Shown: piece after piece, positions 23,501 through 38,500 of the stretch
Layout of the letters: each line of letters opens with the position of its first letter
How positions within the stretch are numbered: the stretch's first letter is position 1
NCBI GenBank assembly: GCA_040954595.2
Contig: CM082587.2
Location: 11,103,403 to 11,167,402 of the forward strand
Source of the DNA: Balanoglossus misakiensis
Taxonomy: Eukaryota; Animalia; Hemichordata
Length of the DNA stretch: 64,000 nt
Direction: 5' to 3'
The notes under the pieces: generated by a model
What the model was told of the DNA's origin: nothing
Databases searched by the model: none
Seen by the model: only the letters and a program-made list of their open reading frames with translations
Program-made: the position numbers and the translations under genes

Positions 23501-26500
23501 CAAAAAGTGGAAAATATAATAGCTACATTGGTAGGCTGAAAGCTTACTTCCTGAGACTGTTTGTGCCAATGACGGGTAAGACCGCTTATGAAGTGGGGAC
23601 CTAAGACAGGCGACAGTCAGGCTTCACTTACAAAAAGTGGAAAATATAATAGCTACATTGGTAGGCTGAAAGCTTACTTCCTGAGACTGTTTGTGCCAAT
23701 GACGGGTTAGACCGCTTATGAAGTGGTGACCTAAGACAGGCGACACTCAGGCTTCACTTACAAAAAGTGGAAAATATAATAGCTACATTGGTAGGCTGAA
23801 AGCTTACTTCCTGAGACTGTTTGTGCCAATGACGGGTAAGACCGCTTATGAAGTGGTGACCTAAGACAGGCGACACTCAGGCTTCACTTACAAAAAGTGG
23901 AAAATACAATAGCTACATTGGTAGGCTGAAAGCTTACTTCCTGAGACTGTTTGTGCCAATAACGGGTAAGACCTCTTATGAAGTGGTGACCTAAGACAGG
24001 CGACACTCAGGCTTCACTTACAAAAAGTGGAATATATAAATGCTACATTGGTAGGCTGAAAGCTTACTTCCTGAGACTGTTTGTGCCAATGACGGGTAAG
24101 ACCTCTTATGAAGTGGTGACCTAAGACAGGCGACACTCAGGCTTCACTTACAAAAAGTGGAAAATATAATAGCTACATTGGTAGGCTGAAAGCTTACTTC
24201 CTGAGACTGTTTGTGCCAATGACGGGTAAGACCGCTTATGAAGTGGTGACCTAAGACAGGCGACACGCAGGCTTCACTTACAAAAAGTGGAAAATATAAT
24301 AGCTACATTGGTAGGCTGAAAGCTTACTTCCTGAGACTGTTTGTGCCCAGGACGGGTAAGACCGCTTATGAAGTGGTGACCTAAGACAGGCGACACTCAG
24401 GCTTCACTTACAAAAAGTGGAAAATATAATAGCTACATTGGTAGGCTGAAAGCTTACTTCCTGAGACTGTTTGTGCCAATAACGGGTAAGACCTCTTATG
24501 AAGTGGTGACCTAAGACAGGCGACACTCAGGTTTCACTTACAAAAAGTGGAAAATATAAATGCTACATTGGTAGGCTGAAAGCTTACTTCCTGAGACTGT
24601 TTGTGCCAATGACGGGTATGACCGTTTATGAAGTGGTGACCTAAGACAGGCGACACTCAGGATTCACTTACAAAAAGTGGAAAATATAATAGCTACATTG
24701 GTAGGCTGAAAGCTTACTTCCTGAGACTGTTTGTGCCAATGACGGGTAAGACCTCTTATGAAGTGGTGACCTAAGACAGGCGACACTCAGGCTTCACTTA
24801 CAAAAAGTGGAAAATATAATAGCTACATTGGTAGGCTGAAAGCTTACTTCCTGAGACTGTTTGTGCCAATGACGGGTAAGTCCGCTTATGAAGTGGTGAC
24901 CTAAGACAGGCGACACGCAGGCTTCACTTACAAAAAGTGGAAAATATAATAGCTACATTGGTAGGCTGAAAGCTTACTTCCTGAGACTGTTTGTGCCAAT
25001 GACGGGTATGACCTCTTATGAAGTGGTGACCTAAGACAGGCGACACTCAGGCTTCACTTACAAAAAGTGGAAAATATAATAGCTACATTGGTAGGCTGAA
25101 AGCTTACTTCCTGAGACTGTTTGTACCAATGACGGGTAATACCGTTTATGAAGTGGTGACCTAAGACAGGCGACAGTCACGCTTCACTTACAAAAAGTGG
25201 AAAATATAATAGCTACATTGGTAGGCTGAAAGCTTACTTCCTGAGACTGTTTGTGCCAATGACGGGTAAGACCGCTTATGAAGTGGGGACCTAAGACAGG
25301 CGACAGTCAGGCTTCACTTACAAAAAGTGGAAAATATAATAGCTACATTGGTAGGCTGAAAGCTTACTTCCTGAGACTGTTTGTGCCAATGACGGGTTAG
25401 ACCGCTTATGAAGTGGTGACCTAAGACAGGCGACACTCAGGCTTCACTTACAAAAAGTGGAAAATATAATAGCTACATTGGTAGGCTGAAAGCTTACTTC
25501 CTGAGACTGTTTGTGCCAATGACGGGTAAGACCGCTTATGAAGTGGTGACCTAAGACAGGCGACACTCAGGCTTCACTTACAAAAAGTGGAAAATACAAT
25601 AGCTACATTGGTAGGCTGAAAGCTTACTTCCTGAGACTGTTTGTGCCAATAACGGGTAAGACCTCTTATGAAGTGGTGACCTAAGACAGGCGACACTCAG
25701 GCTTCACTTACAAAAAGTGGAATATATAAATGCTACATTGGTAGGCTGAAAGCTTACTTCCTGAGACTGTTTGTGCCAATGACGGGTAAGACCTCTTATG
25801 AAGTGGTGACCTAAGACAGGCGACACTCAGGCTTCACTTACAAAAAGTGGAAAATATAATAGCTACATTGGTAGGCTGAAAGCTTACTTCCTGAGACTGT
25901 TTGTGCCAATGACGGGTAAGACCGCTTATGAAGTGGTGACCTAAGACAGGCGACACGCAGGCTTCACTTACAAAAAGTGGAAAATATAATAGCTACATTG
26001 GTAGGCTGAAAGCTTACTTCCTGAGACTGTTTGTGCCCAGGACGGGTAAGACCGCTTATGAAGTGGTGACCTAAGACAGGCGACACTCAGGCTTCACTTA
26101 CAAAAAGTGGAAAATATAATAGCTACATTGGTAGGCTGAAAGCTTACTTCCTGAGACTGTTTGTGCCAATAACGGGTAAGACCTCTTATGAAGTGGTGAC
26201 CTAAGACAGGCGACACTCAGGCTTCACTTACAAAAAGTGGAAAATATAAATGCTACATTGGTAGGCTGAAAGCTTACTTCCTGAGACTGTTTGTGCCAAT
26301 GACGGGTATGACCGTTTATGAAGTGGTGACCTAAGACAGGCGACACTCAGGCTTCACTTACAAAAAGTGGAAAATATAATAGCTACATTGGTAGGCTGAA
26401 AGCTTACTTCCTGAGACTGTTTGTGCCAATGATGGGTAAGACCTCTCATGAAGTGGTGACCTAAGACAGGCGACACTCAGGCTTCACTTACAAAAAGTGG

Positions 26501-29500
26501 AAAATATAATAGCTACATTGGTAGGCTGAAAGCTTACTTCCCGAGACTGTTTGTGCCAATGACGGGTAAGACCCCTTATGAAGTGGTGACCTAAGACAGG
26601 CGACAGTCAGGCTTCACTTACAAAAAGTGGAAAATATAATAGCTACATTGGTAGGCTGAAAGCTTACTTCCTGAGACTGTTTGTGCCAATGACGGGTATG
26701 ACCTCTTATGAAGTGGTGACCTAAGACAGGCGACACTCAGGCTTCACTTACAAAAAGTGGAAAATATAATAGCTACATTGGTAGGCTGAAAGCTTACTTC
26801 CTGAGACTGTTTGTACCAATGACGGGTAAGACCGTTTATGAAGTGGTGACCTAAGACAGGCGACAGTCAGGCTTCACTTACAAAAAGTGGAAAATATAAT
26901 AGCTACATTGGTAGGCTGAAAGCTTACTTCCTGAGACTGTTTGTGCCAATGACGGGTATGACCTCTTATGAAGTGGTGACCTAAGACAGGCGACACTCAG
27001 GCTTCACTTACAAAAAGTGGAAAATATAATAGCTACATTGGTAGGCTGAAAGCTTACTTCCTGAGACTGTTTGTGCCAATGACGGGTAAGACCGCTTATG
27101 AAGTGGTGACCTAAGACAGGCGACACTCAGGCTTCACTTACAAAAAGTGGAAAATATAATAGCTACATTGGTAGGCTGAAAGCTTACTTCCTGAGACTGT
27201 TTGTGCCCAGGACGGGTAAGACCGCTTATGAAGTGGTGACCTAAGACAGGCGACACTCAGGCTTCACTTACAAAAAGTGGAAAATATAATAGCTACATTG
27301 GTAGGCTGAAAGCTTACTTCCTGAGACTGTTTGTGCCAATAACGGGTAAGACCTCTTATGAAGTGGTGACCTAAGACAGGCGACACTCAGGCTTCACTTA
27401 CAAAAAGTGGAAAATATAAATGCTACATTGGTAGGCTGAAAGATTACTTCCTGAGACTGTTTGTGCCAATGACGGGTAAGACCTATTATGAAGTGGTGAC
27501 CTAAGACAGGCGACACTCAGGCTTCACTTACAAAAAGTGGAAAATATAATAGCTACATTGGTAGGCTGAAAGCTAACTTCCTGAGACTGTTTGTGCCAAT
27601 GACGGGTAAGACCGCTTATGAAGTGGTGACCTAAGACAGGCGACAGTCAGGCTTCACTTACAAAAAGTTGAAAATATAATAGCTACATTGGTAGGCTGAA
27701 AGCTTACTTCCTGAGACTGTTTGTGCCAATGACGGGTAAGACCGCTTATGAAATGTTGACCTAAGAAAGGCGACAGTCAGGCTTCACTTACAAAAAGTGG
27801 AAAATATAATAGCTACATTGGTAGGCTGAAAGCTTACTTCCTGAGACTGTTTGTGGCAATGACGGGTAAGACCGCTTATGAAGTGGTGACCTAAGACAGG
27901 CGACACGCAGGCTTCACTTACAAAAAGTGGAAAATATAATAGCTACATTGGTAGGCTGAGAGCTTACTTCCTGAGACTGTTTGTGCCAATGACGGGTAAG
28001 ACCGTTTATGAAGTGGTGACCTAAGACAGGCGACACTCAGGCTTCACTTACAAAAAGTGGAAAATATAATAGCTACATTGGTAGGCTGAAAGCTTACTTC
28101 CTGAGACTGTTTGTGCCAATGACGGGTAAGACCTCTTATGAAGTGGTGACCTAAGACAGGCGACACTCAGGCTTCACTTACAAAAAGTGGAAAATATAAT
28201 AGCTACATTGGTAGGCTGAAAGCTTACTTCCTGAGACTGTTTGTGCCAATGACGGGTAAGTCCGCTTATGAAGTGGTGACCTAAGACAGGCGACACGCAG
28301 GCTTCACTTACAAAAAGTGGAAAATATAATAGCTACATTGGTAGGCTGAAAGCTTACTTCCTGAGACTGTTTGTGCCAATGACGGGTATGACCTCTTATG
28401 AAGTGGTGACCTAAGACAGGCGACACTCAGGCTTCACTTACAAAAAGTGGAAAATATAATAGCTACATTGGTAGGCTGAAAGCTTACTTCCTGAGACTGT
28501 TTGTACCAATGACGGGTAATACCGTTTATGAAGTGGTGACCTAAGACAGGCGACAGTCACGCTTCACTTACAAAAAGTGGAAAATATAATAGCTACATTG
28601 GTAGGCTGAAAGCTTACTTCCTGAGACTGTTTGTGCCAATGACGGGTAAGACCGCTTATGAAGTGGGGACCTAAGACAGGCGACAGTCAGGCTTCACTTA
28701 CAAAAAGTGGAAAATATAATAGCTACATTGGTAGGCTGAAAGCTTACTTCCTGAGACTGTTTGTGCCAATGACGGGTTAGACCGCTTATGAAGTGGTGAC
28801 CTAAGACAGGCGACACTCAGGCTTCACTTACAAAAAGTGGAAAATATAATAGCTACATTGGTAGGCTGAAAGCTTACTTCCTGAGACTGTTTGTGCCAAT
28901 GACGGGTAAGACCGCTTATGAAGTGGTGACCTAAGACAGGCGACACTCAGGCTTCACTTACAAAAAGTGGAAAATACAATAGCTACATTGGTAGGCTGAA
29001 AGCTTACTTCCTGAGACTGTTTGTGCCAATAACGGGTAAGACCTCTTATGAAGTGGTGACCTAAGACAGGCGACACTCAGGCTTCACTTACAAAAAGTGG
29101 AATATATAAATGCTACATTGGTAGGCTGAAAGCTTACTTCCTGAGACTGTTTGTGCCAATGACGGGTAAGACCTCTTATGAAGTGGTGACCTAAGACAGG
29201 CGACACTCAGGCTTCACTTACAAAAAGTGGAACATATAATAGCTACATTGGTAGGCTGAAAGCTTACTTCCTGAGACTGTTTGTGCCAATGACGGGTAAG
29301 ACCGCTTATGAAGTGGTGACCTAAGACAGGCGACACGCAGGCTTCACTTACAAAAAGTGGAAAATATAATAGCTACATTGGTAGGCTGAAAGCTTACTTC
29401 CTGAGACTGTTTGTGCCCAGGACGGGTAAGACCGCTTATGAAGTGGTGACCTAAGACAGGCGACACTCAGGCTTCACTTACAAAAAGTGGAAAATATAAT

Positions 29501-32500
29501 AGCTACATTGGTAGGCTGAAAGCTTACTTCCTGAGACTGTTTGTGCCAATAACGGGTAAGACCTCTTATGAAGTGGTGACCTAAGACAGGCGACACTCAG
29601 GCTTCACTTACAAAAAGTGGAAAATATAAATGCTACATTGGTAGGCTGAAAGCTTACTTCCTGAGACTGTTTGTGCCAATGACGGGTATGACCGTTTATG
29701 AAGTGGTGACCTAAGACAGGCGACACTCAGGCTTCACTTACAAAAAGTGGAAAATATAATAGCTACATTGGTAGGCTGAAAGCTTACTTCCTGAGACTGT
29801 TTGTGCCAATGATGGGTAAGACCTCTCATGAAGTGGTGACCTAAGACAGGCGACACTCAGGCTTCACTTACAAAAAGTGGAAAATATAATAGCTACATTG
29901 GTAGGCTGAAAGCTTACTTCCTGAGACTGTTTGTGCCAATGACGGGTAAGACCGCTTATGAAGTGGTGACCTAAGACAGGCGACAGTCAGGCTTCACTTA
30001 CAAAAAGTGGAAAATATAATAGCTACATTGGTAGGCTGAAAGCTTACTTCATGAGACTGTTTGTGCCAATGACGGGTATGACCTCTTATGAAGTGGTGAC
30101 CTAAGACAGGCGACACTCAGGCTTCACTTACAAAAAGTGGAAAATATAATAGCTACATTGGTAGGCTGAAAGCTTACTTCCTGAGACTGTTTGTACCAAT
30201 GACGGGTAAGACCGTTTATGAAGTGGTGACCTAAGACAGGCGACAGTCAGGCTTCACTTACAAAAAGTGGAAAATATAATAGCTACATTGGTAGGCTGAA
30301 AGCTTACTTCCTGAGACTGTTTGTGCCTAGGACGGGTAAGACCGCTTATGAAGTGGTGACCTAAGACAGGCGACACTCAGGCTTCACTTACAAAAAGTGG
30401 AAAATATAATAGCTACATTGGTAGGCTGAAAGCTTACTTCCTGAGACTGTTTGTGCCAATAACGGGTAAGACCTCTTATGAAGTGGTGACCTAAGACAGG
30501 CGACACTCAGGCTTCACTTACAAAAAGTGGAAAATATAAATGCTACATTGGTAGGCTGAAAGCTTACTTCCTGAGACTGTTTGTGCCAATGACGGGTAAG
30601 ACCTCTTATGAAGTGGTGACCTAAGACAGGCGACACTCAGGCTTCACTTATAAAAAGTGGAAAATATAATAGCTACATTGGTAGGCTGAAAGCTTACTTC
30701 CTGAGACTGTTTGTGCCAATGACGGGTAAGACCGCTTATGAAGTGGTGACCTAAGACAGGCGACACGCAGGCTTCACTTACAAAAAGTGGAAAATATAAT
30801 AGCTACATTGGTAGGCTGAAAGCTTACTTCCTGAGACTGTTTGTGCCCAGGACGGGTAAGACCGCTTATGAAGTGGTGACCTAAGACAGGCGACACTCAG
30901 GCTTCACTTACAAAAAGTGGAAAATATAATAGCTACATTGGTAGGCTGAAAGCTTACTTCCTGAGACTGTTTGTGCCAATAACGGGTAAGACCTCTTATG
31001 AAGTGGTGACCTAAGACAGGCGACACTCAGGCTTCACTTACAAAAAGTGGAAAATATAAATGCTACATTGGTAGGCTGAAAGCTTACTTCCTGAGACTGT
31101 TTGTGCCAATGACGGGTATGACCGTTTATGAAGTGGTGACCTAAGACAGGCGACACTCAGGCTTCACTTACAAAAAGTGGAAAATATAATAGCTACATTG
31201 GTAGGCTGAAAGCTTACTTCCTGAGACTGTTTGTGCCAATGATGGGTAAGACCTCTCATGAAGTGGTGACCTAAGACAGGCGACACTCAGGCTTCACTTA
31301 CAAAAAGTGGAAAATATAATAGCTACATTGGTAGGCTGAAAGCTTACTTCCTGAGACTGTTTGTGCCAATGACGGGTAAGACCGCTTATGAAGTGGTGAC
31401 CTAAGACAGGCGACAGTCAGGCTTCACTTACAAAAAGTGGAAAATATAATAGCTACATTGGTAGGCTGAAAGCTTACTTCCTGAGACTGTTTGTGCCAAT
31501 GACGGGTATGACCTCTTATGAAGTGGTGACCTAAGACAGGCGACACTCAGGCTTCACTTACAAAAAGTGGAAAATATAATAGCTACATTGGTAGGCTGAA
31601 AGCTTACTTCCTGAGACTGTTTGTACCAACGACGGGTAAGACCGTTTATGAAGTGGTGACCTAAGACAGGCGACAGTCACGCTTCACTTACAAAAAGTGG
31701 AAAATATAATAGCTACATTGGTAGGCTGAAAGCTTACTTCCTGAGACTGTTTGTGCCCAGGACGGGTAAGACCGCTTATGAAGTGGTGACCTAAGACAGG
31801 CGACACTCAGGCTTCACTTACAAAAAGTGGAAAATATAATAGCTACATTGGTAGGCTGAAAGCTTACTTCCTGAGACTGTTTGTGCCAATAACGGGTAAG
31901 ACCTCTTATGAAGTGGTGACCTAAGACAGGCGACACTCAGGCTTCACTTACAAAAAGTGGAAAATATAAATGCTACATTGGTAGGCTGAAAGCTTACTTC
32001 CTGAGACTGTTTGTGCCAATGACGGGTAAGACCTCTTATGAAGTGGTGACCTAAGACAGGCGACACTCAGGCTTCACTTACAAAAAGTGGAAAATATAAT
32101 AGCTACATTGGTAGGCTGAAAGCTAACTTCCTGAGACTGTTTGTGCCAATGACGGGTAAGACCTCTCATGAAGTGGTGACCTAAGACAGGCGACACTCAG
32201 GCTTCACTTACAAAAAGTGGAAAATATAATAGCTACATTGGTAGGCTGAAAGCTTACTTCCTGAGACTGTTTGTGCCAATGACGGGTAAGACCGCTTATG
32301 AAGTGGTGACCTAAGACAGGCGACAGTCAGGCTTCACTTACAAAAAGTGGAAAATATAATAGCTACATTGGTAGGCTGAAAGCTTACTTCCTGAGACTGT
32401 TTGTGCCAATGACGGGTATGACCTCTTATGAAGTGGTGACCTAAGACAGGCGACACTCAGGCTTCACTTACAAAAAGTGGAAAATATAATAGCTACATTG

Positions 32501-35500
32501 GTAGGCTGAAAGCTTACTTCCTGAGACTGTTTGTACCAATGACGGGTAAGACCGTTTATGAAGTGGTGACCTAAGACAGGCGACAGTCACGCTTCACTTA
32601 CAAAAAGTGGAAAATATAATAGCTACATTGGTAGGCTGAAAGCTTACTTCCTGAGACTGTTTGTGCCCAGGACGGGTAAGACCGCTTATGAAGTGGTGAC
32701 CTAAGACAGGCGACACTCAGGCTTCACTTACAAAAAGTGGAAAATATAATAGCTACATTGGTAGGCTGAAAGCTTACTTCCTGAGACTGTTTGTGCCAAT
32801 AACGGGTAAGACCTCCTATGAAGTGGTGACCTAAGACAGGCGACACTCAGGCTTCACTTACAAAAAGTGGAAAATATAAATGCTACATTGGTAGGCTGAA
32901 AGCTTACTTCCTGAGACTGTTTGTGCCAATGACGGGTAAGACCTCTTATGAAGTGGTGACCTAAGACAGGCGACACTCAGGCTTCACTTACAAAAAGTGG
33001 AAAATATAATAGCTACATTGGTAGGCTGAAAGCTAACTTCCTGAGACTGTTTGTGCCAATGACGGGTAAGACCGCTTATGAAGTGGTGACCTAAGACAGG
33101 CGACAGTCAGGCTTCACTTACAAAAAGTTGAAAATATAATAGCTACATTGGTAGGCTGAAAGCTTACTTCCTGAGACTGTTTGTGCCAATGACGGGTAAC
33201 ACCGCTTATGAAATGTTGACCTAAGAAAGGCGACAGTCAGGCTTCACTTACAAAAAGTGGAAAATATAATAGCTACATTGGTAGGCTGAAAGCTTACTTC
33301 CTGAGACTGTTTGTGGCAATGACGGGTAAGACCTCTTATGAAGTGGTGACCTAAGACAGGCGACACTCAGGCTTCACTTACAAAAAGTGGAAAATATAAT
33401 AGCTACATTGGTAGGCTGAAAGCTTACTTCCTGAGACTGTTTGTGCCAATGACGGGTAAGACCGTTTATGAAGTGGTGACCTAAGACAGGCGACACTCAG
33501 GCTTCACTTACAAAAAGTGGAAAATATAATAGCTACATTGGTAGGCTGAAAGCTTACTTCCTGAGACTGTTTGTGCCAATGACGGGTAAGACCTCTTATG
33601 AAGTGGTGACCTAAGACAGGCGACACTCAGGCTTCACTTACAAAAAGTGGAAAATATAATAGCTACATTGGTAGGCTGAAAGCTTACTTCCTGAGACTGT
33701 TTGTGCCAATGACGGGTAAGTCCGCTTATGAAGTGGTGACCTAAGACAGGCGACACGCAGGCTTCACTTACAAAAAGTGGAAAATATAATAGCTACATTG
33801 GTAGGCTGAAAGCTTACTTCCTGAGACTGTTTGTGCCAATGACGGGTAAGACCGCTTATGAAGTGGTGACCTAAGACAGGCGACACTCAGGCTTCACTTA
33901 CAAAAAGTGGAAAATACAATAGCTACATTGGTAGGCTGAAAGCTTACTTCCTGAGACTGTTTGTGCCAATAACGGGTAAGACCTCTTATGAAGTGGTGAC
34001 CTAAGACAGGCGACACTCAGGCTTCACTTACAAAAAGTGGAATATATAAATGCTACATTGGTAGGCTGAAAGCTTACTTCCTGAGACTGTTTGTGCCAAT
34101 GACGGGTAAGACCTCTTATGAAGTGGTGACCTAAGACAGGCGACACTCAGGCTTCACTTACAAAAAGTGGAAAATATAATAGCTACATTGGTAGGCTGAA
34201 AGCTTACTTCCTGAGACTGTTTGTGCCAATGACGGGTAAGACCGCTTATGAAGTGGTGACCTAAGACAGGCGACACGCAGGCTTCACTTACAAAAAGTGG
34301 AAAATATAATAGCTACATTGGTAGGCTGAAAGCTTACTTCCTGAGACTGTTTGTGCCCAGGACGGGTAAGACCGCTTATGAAGTGGTGACCTAAGACAGG
34401 CGACACTCAGGCTTCACTTACAAAAAGTGGAAAATATAATAGCTACATTGGTAGGCTGAAAGCTTACTTCCTGAGACTGTTTGTGCCAATAACGGGTAAG
34501 ACCTCTTATGAAGTGGTGACCTAAGACAGGCGACACTCAGGCTTCACTTACAAAAAGTGGAAAATATAAATGCTACATTGGTAGGCTGAAAGCTTACTTC
34601 CTGAGACTGTTTGTGCCAATGACGGGTATGACCGTTTATGAAGTGGTGACCTAAGACAGGCGACACTCAGGCTTCACTTACAAAAAGTGGAAAATATAAT
34701 AGCTACATTGGTAGGCTGAAAGCTTACTTCCTGAGACTGTTTGTGCCAATGATGGGTAAGACCTCTCATGAAGTGGTGACCTAAGACAGGCGACACTCAG
34801 GCTTCACTTACAAAAAGTGGAAAATATAATAGCTACATTGGTAGGCTGAAAGCTTACTTCCTGAGACTGTTTGTGCCAATGACGGGTAAGACCGCTTATG
34901 AAGTGGTGACCTAAGACAGGCGACAGTCAGGCTTCACTTACAAAAAGTGGAAAATATAATAGCTACATTGGTAGGCTGAAAGCTTACTTCATGAGACTGT
35001 TTGTGCCAATGACGGGTATGACCTCTTATGAAGTGGTGACCTAAGACAGGCGACACTCAGGCTTCACTTACAAAAAGTGGAAAATATAATAGCTACATTG
35101 GTAGGCTGAAAGCTTACTTCCTGAGACTGTTTGTACCAATGACGGGTAAGACCGTTTATGAAGTGGTGACCTAAGACAGGCGACAGTCACGCTTCACTTA
35201 CAAAAAGTGGAAAATATAATAGCTACATTGGTAGGCTGAAAGCTTACTTCCTGAGACTGTTTGTGCCCAGGACGGGTAAGACCGCTTATGAAGTGGTGAC
35301 CTAAGACAGGCGACACTCAGGCTTCACTTACAAAAAGTGGAAAATATAATAGCTACATTGGTAGGCTGAAAGCTTACTTCCTGAGACTGTTTGTGCCAAT
35401 AACGGGTAAGACCTCTTATGAAGTGGTGACCTAAGACAGGCGACACTCAGGCTTCACTTACAAAAAGTGGAAAATATAAATGCTACATTGGTAGGCTGAA

Positions 35501-38500
35501 AGCTTACTTCCTGAGACTGTTTGTGCCAATGACGGGTAAGACCTCTTATGAAGTGGTGACCTAAGACAGGCGACACTCAGGCTTCACTTACAAAAAGTGG
35601 AAAATATAATAGCTACATTGGCAGGCTGAAAGCTTACTTCCTGAGACTGTTTGTGCCAATGACGGGTAAGACCGCTTATGAAGTGGTGACCTAAGACCTG
35701 GCGACACTCAGCTTCACTTACAAGAAGTGGAAAATATAATAGCTACATTGGTAGGCTGAAAGCTTACTTCCTGAGACTGTTTGTGCCAATGACGGGTAAG
35801 ACCGCTTATGAATTGGTGACCTAAGACAGGCCACAGTCAGGCTTCACTTACAAAAAGTGGAAAATATAATAGCTACATTGGTAGGCTGAAAGCTAACTTC
35901 CTGAGACTGTTTGTGCCAATGACGGGTAAGACCGCTTATGAAGTGGTGACCTAAGACAGGCGACAGTCAGGCTTCACTTACAAAAAGTTGAAAATATAAT
36001 AGCTACATTGGTAGGCTGAAAGCTTACTTCCTGAGACTGTTTGTGCCAATGACGGGTAAGACCGTTTATGAAGTGGTGACCTAAGACAGGCGACACTCAG
36101 GCTTCACTTACAAAAAGTGGAAAATATAATAGCTACATTGGTAGGCTGAAAGCTTACTTCCTGAGACTGTTTGTGCCAATGACGGGTAAGACCTCTTATG
36201 AAGTGGTGACCTAAGACAGGCGACACTCAGGCTTCACTTACAAAAAGTGGAAAATATAATAGCTACATTGGTAGGCTGAAAGCTTACTTCCTGAGACTGT
36301 TTGTGCCAATGACGGGTAAGTCCGCTTATGAAGTGGTGACCTAAGACAGGCGACAGTCAGGCTTCACTTACAAAAAGTGGAAAATATAATAGCTACATTG
36401 GTAGGCTGAAAGCTTACTTCCTGAGACTGTTTGTGCCAATGACGGGTATGACCTCTTATGAAGTGGTGACCTAAGACAGGCGACAGTCACGCTTCACTTA
36501 CAAAAAGTGGAAAATATAATAGCTACATTGGTAGGCTGAAAGCTTACTTCCTGAGACTGTTTGTGCCAATGACGGGTAAGACCGCTTATGAAGTGGGGAC
36601 CTAAGACAGGCGACAGTCAGGCTTCACTTACAAAAAGTGGAAAATATAATAGCTACATTGGTAGGCTGAAAGCTTACTTCCTGAGACTGTTTGTGCCAAT
36701 GACGGGTTAGACCGCTTATGAAGTGGTGACCTAAGACAGGCGACACTCAGGCTTCACTTACAAAAAGTGGAAAATATAATAGCTACATTGGTAGGCTGAA
36801 AGCTTACTTCCTGAGACTGTTTGTGCCAATGACGGGTAAGACCGCTTATGAAGTGGTGACCTAAGACAGGCGACACTCAGGCTTCACTTACAAAAAGTGG
36901 AGAATACAATATCTACATTGGTAGGCTGAAAGCTTACTTCCTGAGACTGTTTGTGCCAATAACGGGTAAGACCTCTTATGAAGTGGTGACCTAAGACAGG
37001 CGACACTCAGGCTTCACTTACAAAAAGTGGAATATATAAATGCTACATTGGTAGGCTGAAAGCTTACTTCCTGAGACTGTTTGTGCCAATGACGGGTAAG
37101 ACCTCTTATGAAGTGGTGACCTAAGACAGGCGACACTCAGGCTTCACTTACAAAAAGTGGAAAATATAATAGCTACATTGGTAGGCTGAAAGCTTACTTC
37201 CTGAGACTGTTTGTGCCAATGACGGGTAAGACCGCTTATGAAGTGGTGACCTAAGACAGGCGACACTCAGGCTTCACTTACAAAAAGTGGAAAATATAAT
37301 AGCTACATTGGTAGGCTGAAAGCTTACTTCCTGAGACTGTTTGTACCAATGACGGGTAATACCGTTTATGAAGTGGTGACCTAAGACAGGCGACAGTCAC
37401 GCTTCACTTACAAAAAGTGGAAAATATAATAGCTACATTGGTAGGCTGAAAGCTTACTTCCTGAGACTGTTTGTGCCAATAACGGGTAAGACCTCTTATG
37501 AAGTGGTGACCTAAGACAGGCGACACTCAGGCTTCACTTACAAAAAGTGGAAAATATAAATGCTACATTGGTAGGCTGAAAGCTAACTTCCTGAGACTGT
37601 TTGTGCCAATGACGGGTAAGACCGCTTATGAAGTGGTGACCTAAGACAGGCGACAGTCAGGCTTCACTTACAAAAAGTTGAAAATATAATAGCTACATTG
37701 GTAGGCTGAAAGCTTACTTCCTGAAACTGTTTGTGCCAATGACGGGTAAGAACGCTTATGAAATGGTGACCTAAGAAAGGCGACAGTCAGGCTTCACTTA
37801 CAAAAAGTGGAAAATATAATAGCTACATTGGTAGGCTGAAAGCTTACTTCCTGAGACTGTTTGTGGCAATGACGGGTAAGACCTCTTATGAAGTGGTGAC
37901 CTAAGACAGGCGACACTCAGGCTTCACTTACAAAAAGTGGAAAATATAATAGCTACATTGGTAGGCTGAAAGCTTACTTCCTGAGACTGTTTGTGCCAAT
38001 GACGGGTAAGACCGTTTATGAAGTGGTGACCTAAGACAGGCGACACTCAGGCTTCACTTACAAAAAGTGGAAAATATAATAGCTACATTGGTAGGCTGAA
38101 AGCTTACTTCCTGAGACTGTTTGTGCCAATGACGGGTAAGACCTTTTATGAAGTGGTGACCTAAGACAGGCGACACTCAGGCTTCACTTACAAAAAGTGG
38201 AAAATATAATAGCTACATTGGTAGGCTGAAAGCTTACTTCCTGAGACTGTTTGTGCCAATGACGGGTAAGTCCGCTTATGAAGTGGTGACCTAAGACAGG
38301 CGACAGTCAGGCTTCACTTACAAAAAGTGGAAAATATAATAGCTACATTGGTAGGCTGAAAGCTTACTTCCTGAGACTGTTTGTGCCAATGACGGGTATG
38401 ACCTCTTATGAAGTGGTGACCTAAGACAGGCGACACTCAGGCTTCACTTACAAAAAGTGGAAAATATAATAGCTACATTGGTAGGCTGAAAGCTTACTTC